The notes: generated from the letters alone by a model not told the origin. 32,000 nt of DNA from Okeania sp. (GCF_035285525.1 NZ_JAYKGW010000012.1:3798-35797); one strand, 5' to 3'. Shown: positions 1 through 10,090, numbered from the stretch's first letter. Numbers and translations are program-made.

Positions 1-502
1 AGTAGCTATGACTGGAGGACTAATGATTGGTTTAGCAGATATTGGTGAGACAGCTACGGGTAGTAATCCTCTTCTCGGAAATTTTTTAGCTATTATGGCA
101 GCTTGGACAAGTAGTTTTTATATGCTTCTCGGACGTCAAGCTCAAACCAAGGGGTTTAGTATTGGAGGCTATATTACGGTAGTCTATAGTGTAGCTGCTA
201 TTGTATTATTACCTATTCCTCTGGTTTCGGGTGTTGGCTATTTTAATTATTCTGGTTTAGTTTATTTTTATTTATTTTTAATTGCGTTAGTGCCTCAATT
301 AATAGGACATACAAGTTTTAATTGGGCAGTAGTTTGGATTTCTCCTACTTTGGTTACTTTGGCAATTTTATTTGAACCTGTTGGAGCCAGTTTTTTGGGT
401 TATTTATTATTTCGTGAAGTTCCTTCTTTATTTGTTTTATGGGGAGCAGTTATTTTATTAATTGGAGTGGCAATTTCTGCGTTTGGTTCTCAACAAAAAT
501 AG
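1..502 (+). CDS. EamA/DMT-family transporter, C-terminal portion (5' end lies outside the window)
   Basis: The ORF is open to the window edge. The translation is a run of hydrophobic helices (e.g. LVPQLIGHTSFNWAV, LFEPVGASFLGYLLFRE) typical of the second EamA repeat of drug/metabolite transporters. Confidence 0.7.
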   Translation, partial: VAMTGGLMIGLADIGETATGSNPLLGNFLAIMAAWTSSFYMLLGRQAQTKGFSIGGYITVVYSVAAIVLLPIPLVSGVGYFNYSGLVYFYLFLIALVPQLIGHTSFNWAVVWISPTLVTLAILFEPVGASFLGYLLFREVPSLFVLWGAVILLIGVAISAFGSQQK

Positions 503-720
503 AAAGAAAATTTAGAGATTTCATAGATGAAGTTAGTAGCAACTAATCAGGTATTTATCTACAGACTTACAGCACTTTGGAACTATATGAAGTACAGGAT
601 AATATCAAATCCTTTAGTATCGGTGTAAAAAGAGTGTGGGAAATGTGGGATGATTTGATAATGGTTGAAAATAGAACTTTTTTTTCTACCGAATTAAGCG
701 GATTTGATTTTAGCCCCATA

Positions 721-1045
721 CCCAATACCCAGAAACCGGGTTTTTAGTTTCTTCTCGTTTCTTCTAAATATCTATTTTGTTTTTTATATCATGTCCGTTG
801 GTATCGGAGCCTGTAAAAGTTAGACAAATATCTACCCCCATATAAGTAAGGTTTTTCTGGTCTCCAAACCCACCCAATACCCAGAAACCCAGTTTCTTCA
901 AGAAACCGGGTTTTTAGTTTCTTCTAAATATCTATTTTGTTTTTTATATCATGTCCGTTGGTATCGGAACGTGTAAAAGTTAGGCAAATATCTACCCCCA
1001 TATAAGTAAGGTTTTTCCTTCTCTTTCCTTCTTCCTTCTTCAAAA
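721..1045. repeat. Tandem duplication (2 copies, about 150 bp each) of a dispersed repeat with a CTTCTTCC-rich tail
   Basis: Nearly identical blocks sit at about 721-857 and 873-1017: cccaatacccagaaacc..gggtttttagtttcttctaaatatctattttgttttttatatcatgtccgttggtatcgga.c.tgtaaaagtta.gcaaatatctacccccatataagtaaggtttttc. An inverted relative lies at about 22524-22645. Confidence 0.8.
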
Positions 1046-1049
1046 AAAC

Positions 1050-1445
1050 CTATTTAGTTTCTGGAATAACCTGTTGATTCTGGAAAGTTATAACTTTAAT
1101 AAATTTAACTATAAACTGTTGGAAAAATTTAATAGTTGCTCTCATGCTAGAACCATGAATAACTGCCCAAATATTCGTCATTAAAGAACAACTAGCAAAC
1201 CCCAAAAGAATAAAAGTTTGGATTCTTACTACTCCAACAATAAACCAACTACCAACATGAAAGATAATCATTAAAGCATAAAAACTGGCTACTAATGCCA
1301 TTAAATTAATTTCTTTTTTCGGTCGATGGAGAACTGTAAAAATTATTGGTTGTAAACTTGCCAGTACATTCATAGGTACTAATAACCCACAAATTTCTAT
1401 ACAATATGTGTGGGAAAATTGAATTAAATTATTGAAATCAAACAT
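1050..1445 (-). CDS. Hypothetical small integral membrane protein (131 aa)
   Basis: Intact ORF with 3-4 hydrophobic segments. I recognise no family, and it sits in an AT-rich repeat-rich neighbourhood. Confidence 0.4.
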   Translation of the reverse strand: MFDFNNLIQFSHTYCIEICGLLVPMNVLASLQPIIFTVLHRPKKEINLMALVASFYALMIIFHVGSWFIVGVVRIQTFILLGFASCSLMTNIWAVIHGSSMRATIKFFQQFIVKFIKVITFQNQQVIPETK

Positions 1446-1791
1446 TTTATAAATCTCTCCTTATAGTTGATTAATTTGTACAGTAGAGAACAGGGAACAC
1501 TTAACTGGGAACAGGAAACAAAAAATCATACCATTTCTCATGCATTCTTGCTATACTTATAAGCTAGCAAAATCGCTTTTCTTCATAAATAAAATTACTA
1601 AACATCAAGCATTTGCTCGAACGAATAATATTTATAAATAGAAAATCCAAATATAGCAAAGTTTCTAGTAATTGGTATAAGCAACAAAGATTTGTAGCCA
1701 ACATTTATCAAACTGGTATTACTAGAAAAGTCGAATAGTTCTAAATGTGTAAGGATATTAATTGCTAAATTCCTTCCCAGTTTTCTATGCT

Positions 1792-1920
1792 TTATTTTTT
1801 CCTTTTTTGCTTTTTATATCCATCAGTCCAAAAATCAGTAAACATCATTAACATTCCTCCAATAAAGATCATAATTGCCATCCCAGCAGGAATTACAGTT
1901 TCCCAGTCAATTGTTTCCAT
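1792..1920 (-). CDS. Possible 42-aa single-TM peptide (METIDWETVIPAGMAIMIFIGGMLMMFTDFWTDGYKKQKRKK)
   Basis: Hand-translated ORF below the ORF-track length cutoff. It has one hydrophobic helix followed by a basic tail, and there is no other support. Confidence 0.2.
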   Translation of the reverse strand: METIDWETVIPAGMAIMIFIGGMLMMFTDFWTDGYKKQKRKK

Positions 1921-2110
1921 ATATTTCCAAATTTATTTAGTTAAGGTATTTTAGTAATTATAAACAAAAAAATCGTTGAATTTCAAAATTAACTCCTAAA
2001 TTTGGTCAGTTCTGAAGAAGTAGTCATAATTTATGAGAACTACTTTTTGAAAGCTCGCGATCGCTTATGTTAAACTAATCAAAAACAATGAAATTAGTAT
2101 AGTCAATATC

Positions 2111-2855
2111 ATGGTTAAATTAGATGATCAGCCCCAAAAGCGTCTTCCCACTATGGAAGAATTACCCTATAAAGATGATAAACCAGTCGATAGCGAACTA
2201 CAACGTTTAATTACTAACTTATTAAAATATATTCTCGACTATATTTGGGCTGATCGTGACGATTGGTTTTACGGTACAGATATGGGATGGTATTACTCTC
2301 CCGATGAAAACCCCATTGCCCCCGATGGTTTTTTATGTCTGGGAGTAGAGCGTTTCAGAGGAAACCCTCTGCGACTAAGTTACGTTACCTGGGAAGAAAA
2401 CTGGGTAGTTCCTTCCTTAGCAATAGAAGTAGTATCAAAAACTCCGGGTGGGGAATACAAAGAGAAAAAAAGAAAATATGCCCGAAATGGAGTATTGTAT
2501 TATGTAATTTACGCTCCCCAGCGGGTACGAAAACCGAAATTGACTCTGTACCGTCTCAACAGAGAAGGACAATATGAGCTGCAAGAAAAAAAACCCAATG
2601 TGGATGCCAGAAATAGGTCTAGGCATAGGAACAGAAGTAGGAACTTATCACCGAACTACCACGGAATGGCTGTATTGGTATGATGAACTGGGAAAGCGAT
2701 ATCCTACTGAGGAAGAAGCTCGACAGCAAGAGCGACAAACTCGACTTTTAGCCGAACAACGTCTAGAGCAAGAGCAGAAAGCTCGACTTCTAGAGGCACA
2801 GCAGGTTGAAAAATTGGCAGCACGTTTGCGGGAATTAGGCATCGATCCAGAATAA
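2111..2855 (+). pseudogene. Uma2-family (DUF820) restriction-endonuclease-like protein, split by a frameshift at an A9 homopolymer
   Basis: ORF 2111-2683 carries the Uma2-like core (PDGFLCLGVER...PSLAIEVVSKTPGGEYKEKKRKYARNGVLYYVIY). The family's expected continuation (NPMWMPEIGLGIGTEVGTY...EWLYWYDELGKRYPTEEE plus a coiled-coil tail) is in the +1 frame (ORF 2574-2855). The switch point is the A9 run at 2586-2594. Confidence 0.8.
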
Positions 2856-3201
2856 TTAAATTAAAAGGAAGAGAGACGGTATACGGCAAACAAAGCTCTC
2901 AAGAAGAAAGGTTTTTCGCTATAGTTTGCTGAGGAGGGCAAGAAATTAGCGATCGCGCTCCCCACAACTATACTGATCATGATTATCATTCTGATCAAAA
3001 GCGTCAATTTTTGATAGAGTTAATATTCAGAAAATCATTGTGACATAATGGTTTTGAGCTGTTTTTTTTACCCCGTGAGGGTTTTTCATCACTGATTATC
3101 CAGACGTGATATCATTGCGACTGAAACGGAGTTTCATTAATGGATAATTGATAATTAGAGATAGTTTTCATTATCCATTATCCATTATTCATTATTAATT
3201 A

Positions 3202-4824
3202 TCAATTAACTACTGCTTCCACAGGTTGACTCTTTTGCGGATGTATTCTCTCTCCCACACTTTCCAAACCTGCATACAACCTATTTAAAGCATTTATATA
3301 AGCTTCAGCAGATGCCACAATCACATCAGTATTGGCAGCATGACCAGAATAAACCCGCCCTTCAGAGCGTAACCGAATAGTCACTTCCCCGATAGCATCA
3401 ATACCAGCAGTTACTGACTGCACACTAAACTCTATCAAATCATTAGGCACATTGACCACTCGGTTAATTGCTCTGTACACAGCATCCACCGGACCAGTAC
3501 CAATAGCAGCATCAGTCAATTCTTCCCCATTAGGAGTACGAATAGTAACTGTCGCCGTCGGACGGGAGCGATCGCCACAAGAAACCTGCACCAACTCCAA
3601 ACGAAATAGTTCGGGTGGTTGTCGCACTTCACTATTAACAATAGATTCTAAATCCCAATCTGTGATTTCTTTCTTTTTGTCTGCCAAATCTTTGAATTTC
3701 ACAAACGCCTTATTAATTTCTTTCTCTGAAAGTTCAAACCCAAGTTCTTTCAAGCGAGTTTGGAAAGCATGGCGACCAGAAAGTTTACCCAAAATAATCT
3801 GATTATCAGTCAACCCGATCGACTGAGCATCCATAATTTCATAAGTAAGTTTATTCTTGAGTACCCCATCTTGGTGAATCCCAGACTCGTGAGCAAAAGC
3901 ATTAGCACCAACAATAGCTTTATTTGGTTGTACAAACATCCCTGTAAAATTAGAAACCAGACGAGATGTTTTGTAAATTTGACGAGTATCCACATTAGTT
4001 AGTGGTGCCTCCGACTCCGGTTCACGACCCAAAAATGGGTTGAAATATTGTCGCCGAACGTGTAGTGCCATCACCAACTCTTCCAAAGCAGCATTACCAG
4101 CACGTTCACCAATACCATTAATAGTACATTCCAACTGACGAGCGCCATTTTTCACAGCTTCCAAAAAGTTAGCAACTGCCAAACCGAGGTCATTGTGACC
4201 ATGAACCGAAATAATAGCTTGGTCAATATTCGGCACATTTTCCTTAATACCCTTAATCAAGGCGCCAAACTCACCAGGAGTGGTATAACCCACAGTATCA
4301 GGAATATTAACAGTAGTAGCTCCCGCAGCGATCGCCTTTTCCAAGACTTGGTAGAGAAATTCTGGGTCGGAGCGACCTGCATCTTCGGGAGAAAATTCTA
4401 CATCATCCACAAAAGTTTTAGCATAAGCTACCATTTCCGGAGCAATTTCCAATACTTCTGCCCTAGTTTTCTTAAGTTTGTAAGCTAAATGAATATCAGA
4501 GGTAGCAATAAAAGTATGAATACGTCCTTTAGCTGCTGGTTTAATTGCCTTACCTGCTGCCTCAATATCTGCACGGGTGGTTCTTGCCAAACCGCAGATA
4601 GTTGGGCCATCTTCTAGACCCACAGTTTCAGCAATTTTTTGGACTGCCTCAAAATCCCCAGGACTAGCGTAGGGGAAACCAGCTTCTATCACATCTACTC
4701 CCAAACGAGCTAGTTGTCGAGCGATGGTTAATTTTTCATCCATATTGAGAGCTGCACCAGGAGATTGTTCTCCATCCCGGAGGGTAGTATCGAAAATAAT
4801 AATTCGGTCTTGACTAGGGGTCAT
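3202..4824 (-). CDS. leuA: 2-isopropylmalate synthase
   Basis: 540-aa product beginning [20 protein letters not shown], with [12 protein letters not shown] and the C-terminal LeuA regulatory domain. It is full length. Confidence 0.95.
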   Translation of the reverse strand: MTPSQDRIIIFDTTLRDGEQSPGAALNMDEKLTIARQLARLGVDVIEAGFPYASPGDFEAVQKIAETVGLEDGPTICGLARTTRADIEAAGKAIKPAAKGRIHTFIATSDIHLAYKLKKTRAEVLEIAPEMVAYAKTFVDDVEFSPEDAGRSDPEFLYQVLEKAIAAGATTVNIPDTVGYTTPGEFGALIKGIKENVPNIDQAIISVHGHNDLGLAVANFLEAVKNGARQLECTINGIGERAGNAALEELVMALHVRRQYFNPFLGREPESEAPLTNVDTRQIYKTSRLVSNFTGMFVQPNKAIVGANAFAHESGIHQDGVLKNKLTYEIMDAQSIGLTDNQIILGKLSGRHAFQTRLKELGFELSEKEINKAFVKFKDLADKKKEITDWDLESIVNSEVRQPPELFRLELVQVSCGDRSRPTATVTIRTPNGEELTDAAIGTGPVDAVYRAINRVVNVPNDLIEFSVQSVTAGIDAIGEVTIRLRSEGRVYSGHAANTDVIVASAEAYINALNRLYAGLESVGERIHPQKSQPVEAVVN

Positions 4825-5457
4825 TGTTTTTCTCTTTGTAATTGTAAAGTAATTAGCCTATAGCTTTTTTTATATTCTAAGCATTTAACTATCAGCTATC
4901 AGCGATGAGTTATATAAGGCAGCTATGCTGAAGGCAGCTATGCTGAAGGCAGAAGGGAATATTAGTTCAAAGGAAAAAGGTTTTTTATCACTGATTATCG
5001 GGAAATGATATTATTAATTCATTAATTTTTATTACAGTTAATTAATAAGACTTAATTGGGACTTACGCAAAAGATGTATAGACCATCTGTAGGGGTTAAC
5101 CGCTGTTAACCTCTACTATATTGAGGTGGTTATGCAAGTTCTGTTGATATTAGACATCTCCAGAAAAGGTTCTGAAACCCTTATAGCATAGTTCTAAAAC
5201 CTGTATTTTTGGAGATGTATATTAATTATCAATTAGTAAATTTACTAATAGAAGTCAGTAGGAGATATTAATAACTAACTTTTTTCTTCCTTCTTCCTCC
5301 TTACCTAAAAATCAAGGTATAAAACCTCTCTATTCATGGATAAAAAATCAAAAAAGTTCCTTTTAGTCAATCCTCTTCTTTAATAATATTATAATCAGAG
5401 GTAATTATTAATTATTAATTCTTGAACTTCCTACTCCCTACTCCCTATTCCCTATTT

Positions 5458-5973
5458 CTAATATTCTGCTTTTTCTATTTGGTCACGAATATTATTTAAG
5501 TCTACATATTGGTCTGTAGCATTGCGCAATTCTCTAGCAATCATTCCTTCAGTTGAAACAACTGTAATATGAGTATTTTTAGACCTTAATAATTCAATTG
5601 CTCTTTCAAAATCTCCATCCCCACTAAACAAAACTACTTCATCATATTGGTCTACCGTATTAAACATATCTACCACAATTTCAATATCTAAATTAGCTTT
5701 TTGAGAATAGCGACCAGAAACATCATCATAATATTCTTTCAAAATTTTAGTGCGTACTGTATAACCCAAACTAATCAAAGCATCTCGGAATCCTCTCTGG
5801 TCTTGCGGGTCTTTTAAACCTGTATACCAAAAAGCATTAATTAATTTGACTTGTGGTGTGTTGAAGTATTCCAATACTCTTCTCGGATCAAAAAACCAAC
5901 CATTTTTTTGTTGAGCATAAAACATATTATTACCGTCAACAAATATAGAAAGACGGTTCTTAGGATTTTTCAT
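5458..5973 (-). CDS. NYN-domain (LabA-like) protein
   Basis: 171 aa with LSIFVDGNNMFYA...VVLFSGDGDFERAIELLR, the acidic-residue pattern of PIN-like NYN/LabA ribonuclease-fold proteins. Confidence 0.8.
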   Translation of the reverse strand: MKNPKNRLSIFVDGNNMFYAQQKNGWFFDPRRVLEYFNTPQVKLINAFWYTGLKDPQDQRGFRDALISLGYTVRTKILKEYYDDVSGRYSQKANLDIEIVVDMFNTVDQYDEVVLFSGDGDFERAIELLRSKNTHITVVSTEGMIARELRNATDQYVDLNNIRDQIEKAEY

Positions 5974-7105
5974 TTTAATATTAGTTTTAGATAATTTAGT
6001 TTAAATCAATTAAAAAATATAGCAATTCCCATAGTTATAAAGCACATTTACAATCCCCCTAAATCCCCCTTTCAAAGCTATACTTTACCCACATATTTCT
6101 TAACATAAAACTTGGGCATTACTGACAAGTTATAGGTAAGTCTTAGTTCGGCTTTTACGGTTCCCGATAAATTGGGATAAAAATGTATGAAAAAGCACAT
6201 TTTTTGGCAATAGTTTCAGTAGTTTTACTTAGCTAATATGATGTTTTCTCCTTTCTCCCCTGCTCCCTTTTCCCCCTTCCCCTCCTGGGAGGGGCTAGGG
6301 GTGAGTTCCTGGGAAGGGCTAGGGGTAGATCTCAAACCTTTCAGGAGTTATGGGTAAGGGATAGCTTTGAAAGGGGGACTTTTTGTTGGTTCCTCCTTTC
6401 AAAGCTATGCTTTATAAACATCTTTACTTAACATAAAGTTTGACAAAAGAGAGAAGAGTTATGCCTTTGCCATTCAATGAGCATTCGGGGAAAGTAAACA
6501 TATTTAATTAGAGGCTTTTCTCCCCCCACCTCGACATTTCCTCACCCCCATCAAGAAGGTTTCAGGAGTTCATTAATTAATAAGGGATAGCTGACAAAGA
6601 GGGGATAGAAAAATGTACCTTATAGTAAAGGACTGCTATATAAATATTTTTATTATTGATGTAGTTTTTTTGCTAGAAAAACTTACATTATTCCTTCATT
6701 ATTCCTTGTATATTTCATATTTAAGCTGCCAAAAATCACTCTTAATATTATAAATTTATAATATTTTTTTTTACTGATAGTTTTAATAAATTTAGCAGTT
6801 CAGTATTATAAATTTTAGGCTTTTTAATAAAAAGATACTTTTTTCATACCTACTAAATTGATCGATCCCTGATTAAATTTCTATACAAGACCTTGATTTT
6901 TTATCAAGGCCATAAGTTAATATTTGATTAATTAATATAATATCTAAAATTTAGCCAAATTAAAAATAATTCACTTAATAAAAGTTACATGAGTAAAATT
7001 ATGAATATAGAAAATTACAATTATAGGCAGTGTCAAATCACAGCCCTTCAATCAATTAAATTAAACAGATAAAAAGTGACACCCTGAAAAATTAGGAACT
7101 TATAC

Positions 7106-7768
7106 TTAAGCTTGATTACTTTCAATTGCCCAACGCGCTAACTCTGTCCGATTATGCAAACCAGTTTTACCAAGCATATTGCTTACATGACTTTCAATCG
7201 TTCTTTGACTAACTTCCAGAATTTCTGCAATTTCACGATTAGCCATTCCCTTCGCTACCAACTGGACTACCTTTAATTCTGTGGGAGTTAATTCTACATT
7301 TCGGCGGACCTTAATTGTTGGCCCATTGCTCAGACTCGGATTTTGATATTTACTTAGGCGAGAAGCTTGTTTCAGAGAAGATTCTACTTGAGCCACAAGT
7401 TCTTCTGGTTCAAATGGTTTGACTATATAAACATCAGCTCCAATATTCAGACCTTTAACTCGGTCTTGGCTTTGACCCTTAGCAGATAAAAACAGAACTG
7501 GAACGCATTCTGTGACTGAATTTTTTCTGATCTCCTGCACTAAGGTATAACCATCCATTTCCGGCATCATCACATCACATATAATTAGGTCTGGGATTTT
7601 TTCTTCTAGCAGTTCTAGAGCTTCTCGACCATTTTCTGCCGTTGTTACCTGATATCCACGAAACTCTAAATAATCTTTAACCAATAAGATTAGATTAGGG
7701 TCATCATCAACTAACATTAATTGTTTTGTATCTGCAGTATTTATTTCTTTCATAATTGAAGAACTCAC
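7106..7768 (-). CDS. Two-component response regulator, NarL/LuxR family (REC + LuxR-type HTH)
   Basis: REC motifs (LVDDDPN, ICDVMMPEMDG, LSAKG, KPF) are followed by LTPTELKVVQLVAKGMANREIAEILEVSQRTIESHVSNMLGK. The true start may be an internal Met. Confidence 0.9.
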   Translation of the reverse strand: MSSSIMKEINTADTKQLMLVDDDPNLILLVKDYLEFRGYQVTTAENGREALELLEEKIPDLIICDVMMPEMDGYTLVQEIRKNSVTECVPVLFLSAKGQSQDRVKGLNIGADVYIVKPFEPEELVAQVESSLKQASRLSKYQNPSLSNGPTIKVRRNVELTPTELKVVQLVAKGMANREIAEILEVSQRTIESHVSNMLGKTGLHNRTELARWAIESNQA

Positions 7769-8231
7769 TTTTTTTTATTCTGACAAATATTTACTTTATT
7801 AACTGGAGAACCAATGTCTTTAATTAGTAGAATTCGGAAATATTCAGCAATTTTGCCACTTTCCTGAAAATTAATGATACACATCCTTACCAAAAAGGTT
7901 GGGACTGCATCTAATACTAAAATAGAGTTTATCCCTTATTTATTTTATAGAACATAAATTTGATCTTCAATCAATAGCCTAATAATTAAAGTTGATGTAG
8001 CTAGATAAAAGCTTTGTAACTATACAAGTAATTACCACTACTTTTAATAATAAAATATGAAGATTTAATAATATTCTCTACTAATATAGTAAAGAAATAT
8101 AGTTAATTTAACTGAACTTATTAAGTTAATGTTTATGATGAATTAGTAACAGTTAGTTATTAATTGGGAACTAAGTTTTCTAGTTGGTCTGCAAGTAATT
8201 TGTCCATAATTACTTAATATGGGCCGATAAA

Positions 8232-8741
8232 TCAATTACAATAATTTGATGAAATAATTCTGGATTCTGGCAAAGGATGAGTCAGAAAAACGTATTCTTC
8301 TACTACTTGAGAACCGATGATGTGTTCTTGAATAATTTTTTCAATCACAGGAGGAGTTGCCGAGTGATACCATACTCCTTCGGGATAAATAACCATGATT
8401 GGACCTTGAGAACAAACTCGTAAACAGTTAGCTTTAGTGCGAAATGTACACCCTGGCTTATGGCTAGGCTGGTCTAGTCCTAATTCTTTCAGACGTTTTT
8501 TAAGATAATCCCATGCTTCTAGACCAACTTCTGTTGAGGAACATTTTGGTTTAGTTTGGTCTGCACAAATAAAAATATGTCTCTGAATTTTACTCAGTCC
8601 CAGAGATTGGACACAACTTTCGAGGGACTCTTGACAAATATCTACATCAATGTCTTCCTGTGGAGAATTTTTCTGGAATTGGACTATTGGCTCTTCTGGC
8701 CTACCCTCTTGGCTCATTTGGTCAGACAAGTTATTCATCAT
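8232..8741 (-). CDS. Thioredoxin-like [2Fe-2S] ferredoxin domain protein
   Basis: [13 protein letters not shown] ... [21 protein letters not shown] gives a 4-Cys pattern and the GP..V.YP.G.WY motif of the Trx-like ferredoxin family. About 50 aa at the N-terminus are an acidic extension. Confidence 0.7.
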   Translation of the reverse strand: MMNNLSDQMSQEGRPEEPIVQFQKNSPQEDIDVDICQESLESCVQSLGLSKIQRHIFICADQTKPKCSSTEVGLEAWDYLKKRLKELGLDQPSHKPGCTFRTKANCLRVCSQGPIMVIYPEGVWYHSATPPVIEKIIQEHIIGSQVVEEYVFLTHPLPESRIISSNYCN

Positions 8742-8874
8742 ACAAATTGCAATACACCTTAAAATTTCTTTCCATATAAATTATACCTCATGCCAAAGTC
8801 AGATGTCGGATTAAGTACATCAAATGACTTACTTAAGTAATGGATAATTGATAATTAGCTATGAGAATCTTTCT

Positions 8875-8934
8875 CCCCTACTCCCCTACTCCCCTACTCC
8901 CCTACTCCCCTACTCCCCTACTCCCCTACTCCCT
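8875..8934. repeat. Octamer tandem repeat (CCCCTACT) x7 plus a partial copy
   Basis: Read directly from the sequence. It produces the spurious PYSPTPLL-repeat ORF 8861-9073. Related short tandem repeats are at 5431-5458, 9371-9400, 20485-20545, 21021-21055 and 21185-21226. Confidence 0.9.
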
Positions 8935-9003
8935 AATGCACATTTTTAGCTGTCTCGGTCCAGTAGTGGGCCGACACAGCTGGTGCATTAAGGAACCAGG
9001 CTC

Positions 9004-9165
9004 TGTAGGGGCGAGTTACGGTTCCCGAAAAATCACAACGAAAGTTAAGGAGTTTTCTTATGGAGTCGGCTAAACCCGCCCCATAATACAAGCCATCGTC
9101 TAACGGGGCGGGTTTATCTAAATCTTAGAGTAAGCATGAAAATCTCTGATCAAACCCGCCCCTAC
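9004..9165. mobile_element. MITE-like element (about 160 bp) with GTAGGGGCG.GTT / AAACCCGCCCCTAC terminal inverted repeats
   Basis: The ends are inverted copies. An internal second hairpin is aaacccgcccc...ggggcgggttt. A near-identical copy lies at 17101-17261. There is no coding capacity. Confidence 0.75.
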
Positions 9166-9622
9166 CCCATGCACACTCATTAGGTGTGTCATTCCAGTAG
9201 TGGACCGTTTCATCTAAAACTTTGCAGAGCGATTTTCTCTCTTGCCTCCCTGTCTTCCTTGTCTAGACACAGCCAAAAAGTAATGCACCATTTTAAGATG
9301 AAACAATCCAGTAGGGTGTATTTAGATGTAGGTTGGGTTGAGGGACGAAACAAGGGCAAAAATCTTTCTTCCCCTACTCCTTCACTCCCCTACTCCCTAA
9401 TGCACCATTTTAGCTGTGTTAGTCCAGTAGGGTGTATTAGCGTACTTCGTAAACCACCAACATATATATAGACTTAAAAAAACTATCGCTATATATAGTT
9501 TTCAAAACTATATATAGCGATATAGCGTTTCTGGGTAATTTCTGATTTGGATAGAGATATCTAATGAATCTTACCTATCTTCAAGACACTCCCAACATTT
9601 CCCATACTCCCCACACTTCCCA

Positions 9623-9638
9623 GTTCGGGAACCCGTAC
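9623..9638 (+). promoter_or_regulatory. K-box-like motif GTTCGG-GAAC-CCGTAC upstream of groESL
   Basis: It matches, as I recall it, the cyanobacterial groE K-box consensus GTTCGG-NNAN-CCNNAC. It lies about 40 bp upstream of CIRCE. A candidate -35 TTGCGA (9650-9655) and -10 TACATT (9674-9679) follow. Confidence 0.55.
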
Positions 9639-9677
9639 AGTTTAGTCAGTTGCGATCACAAGTCTTATTCAGGTACA

Positions 9678-9704
9678 TTAGCACTCAGGTGGTGAGAGTG
9701 CTAA
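9678..9704 (+). promoter_or_regulatory. CIRCE operator (HrcA binding site), perfect consensus
   Basis: TTAGCACTC-aggtggtga-GAGTGCTAA is an exact 9-N9-9 inverted repeat, 75 bp upstream of the groES ATG. Confidence 0.95.
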
Positions 9705-9778
9705 AAATAAAATGAAGTTAAAACATAGCTTCACCTTAAGGCTCTCAACAAAAGTAAAATTTATCTGGAGGTAATGTC

Positions 9779-10090
9779 ATGGCAGCTGTAACACTAAGTG
9801 TTTCTACTGTTAAGCCCTTGGGCGATCGTGTATTCGTCAAAGTTAGCCAATCTGAAGAAAAGACAGCAGGTGGTATTCTTCTACCTGATACTGCAAAAGA
9901 AAAACCACAAGTAGGAGAAGTTGCTGCTGCTGGACCTGGTAAGCGCAATGATGATGGTTCCCGTTCAGAAATGGAAGTTAAAGTAGGAGACAAAGTTCTC
10001 TACTCAAAATATGCAGGAACTGATATTAAACTTGGTGGCGATGAATACGTCCTACTATCAGAAAAAGATATTCTCGCTATTGTTAACTAA
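9779..10090 (+). CDS. groES: Co-chaperonin GroES
   Basis: 103 aa, [12 protein letters not shown]...[19 protein letters not shown]...[11 protein letters not shown]. Confidence 0.97.
   Translation: MAAVTLSVSTVKPLGDRVFVKVSQSEEKTAGGILLPDTAKEKPQVGEVAAAGPGKRNDDGSRSEMEVKVGDKVLYSKYAGTDIKLGGDEYVLLSEKDILAIVN

Noticed and set aside
2335..2889. ORFs 2335-2577(+), 2435-2626(-), 2648-2842(-) and 2704-2889(-)
   Set aside because: All overlap the two halves of the Uma2 gene in alternative or antisense frames, and none has family-like sequence.
3452..4488. Plus-strand ORFs 3452-3802, 3760-4002 and 4195-4488, and minus-strand ORF 3810-3995
   Set aside because: They lie entirely inside leuA, whose identity is unambiguous. 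The first three are antisense and 3810-3995 is in an alternative frame. Their products are low-complexity with no recognisable motifs, so they are shadow ORFs.
8861..9471. ORFs 8861-9073 and 9184-9471 as genes
   Set aside because: The first is a translation of the CCCCTACT octamer array running into a MITE. The second spans dispersed-repeat modules. Neither has a plausible RBS or protein-like composition.
9745..9993. Minus-strand ORF overlapping groES
   Set aside because: It is antisense to a highly conserved gene, so it is a shadow ORF. The same applies to 11002-11223 and 11728-11934 inside groEL, to 14350-14544, 15353-15568 and 15817-16116 inside putA, and to the alternative-frame ORF 16520-16717 inside putA.
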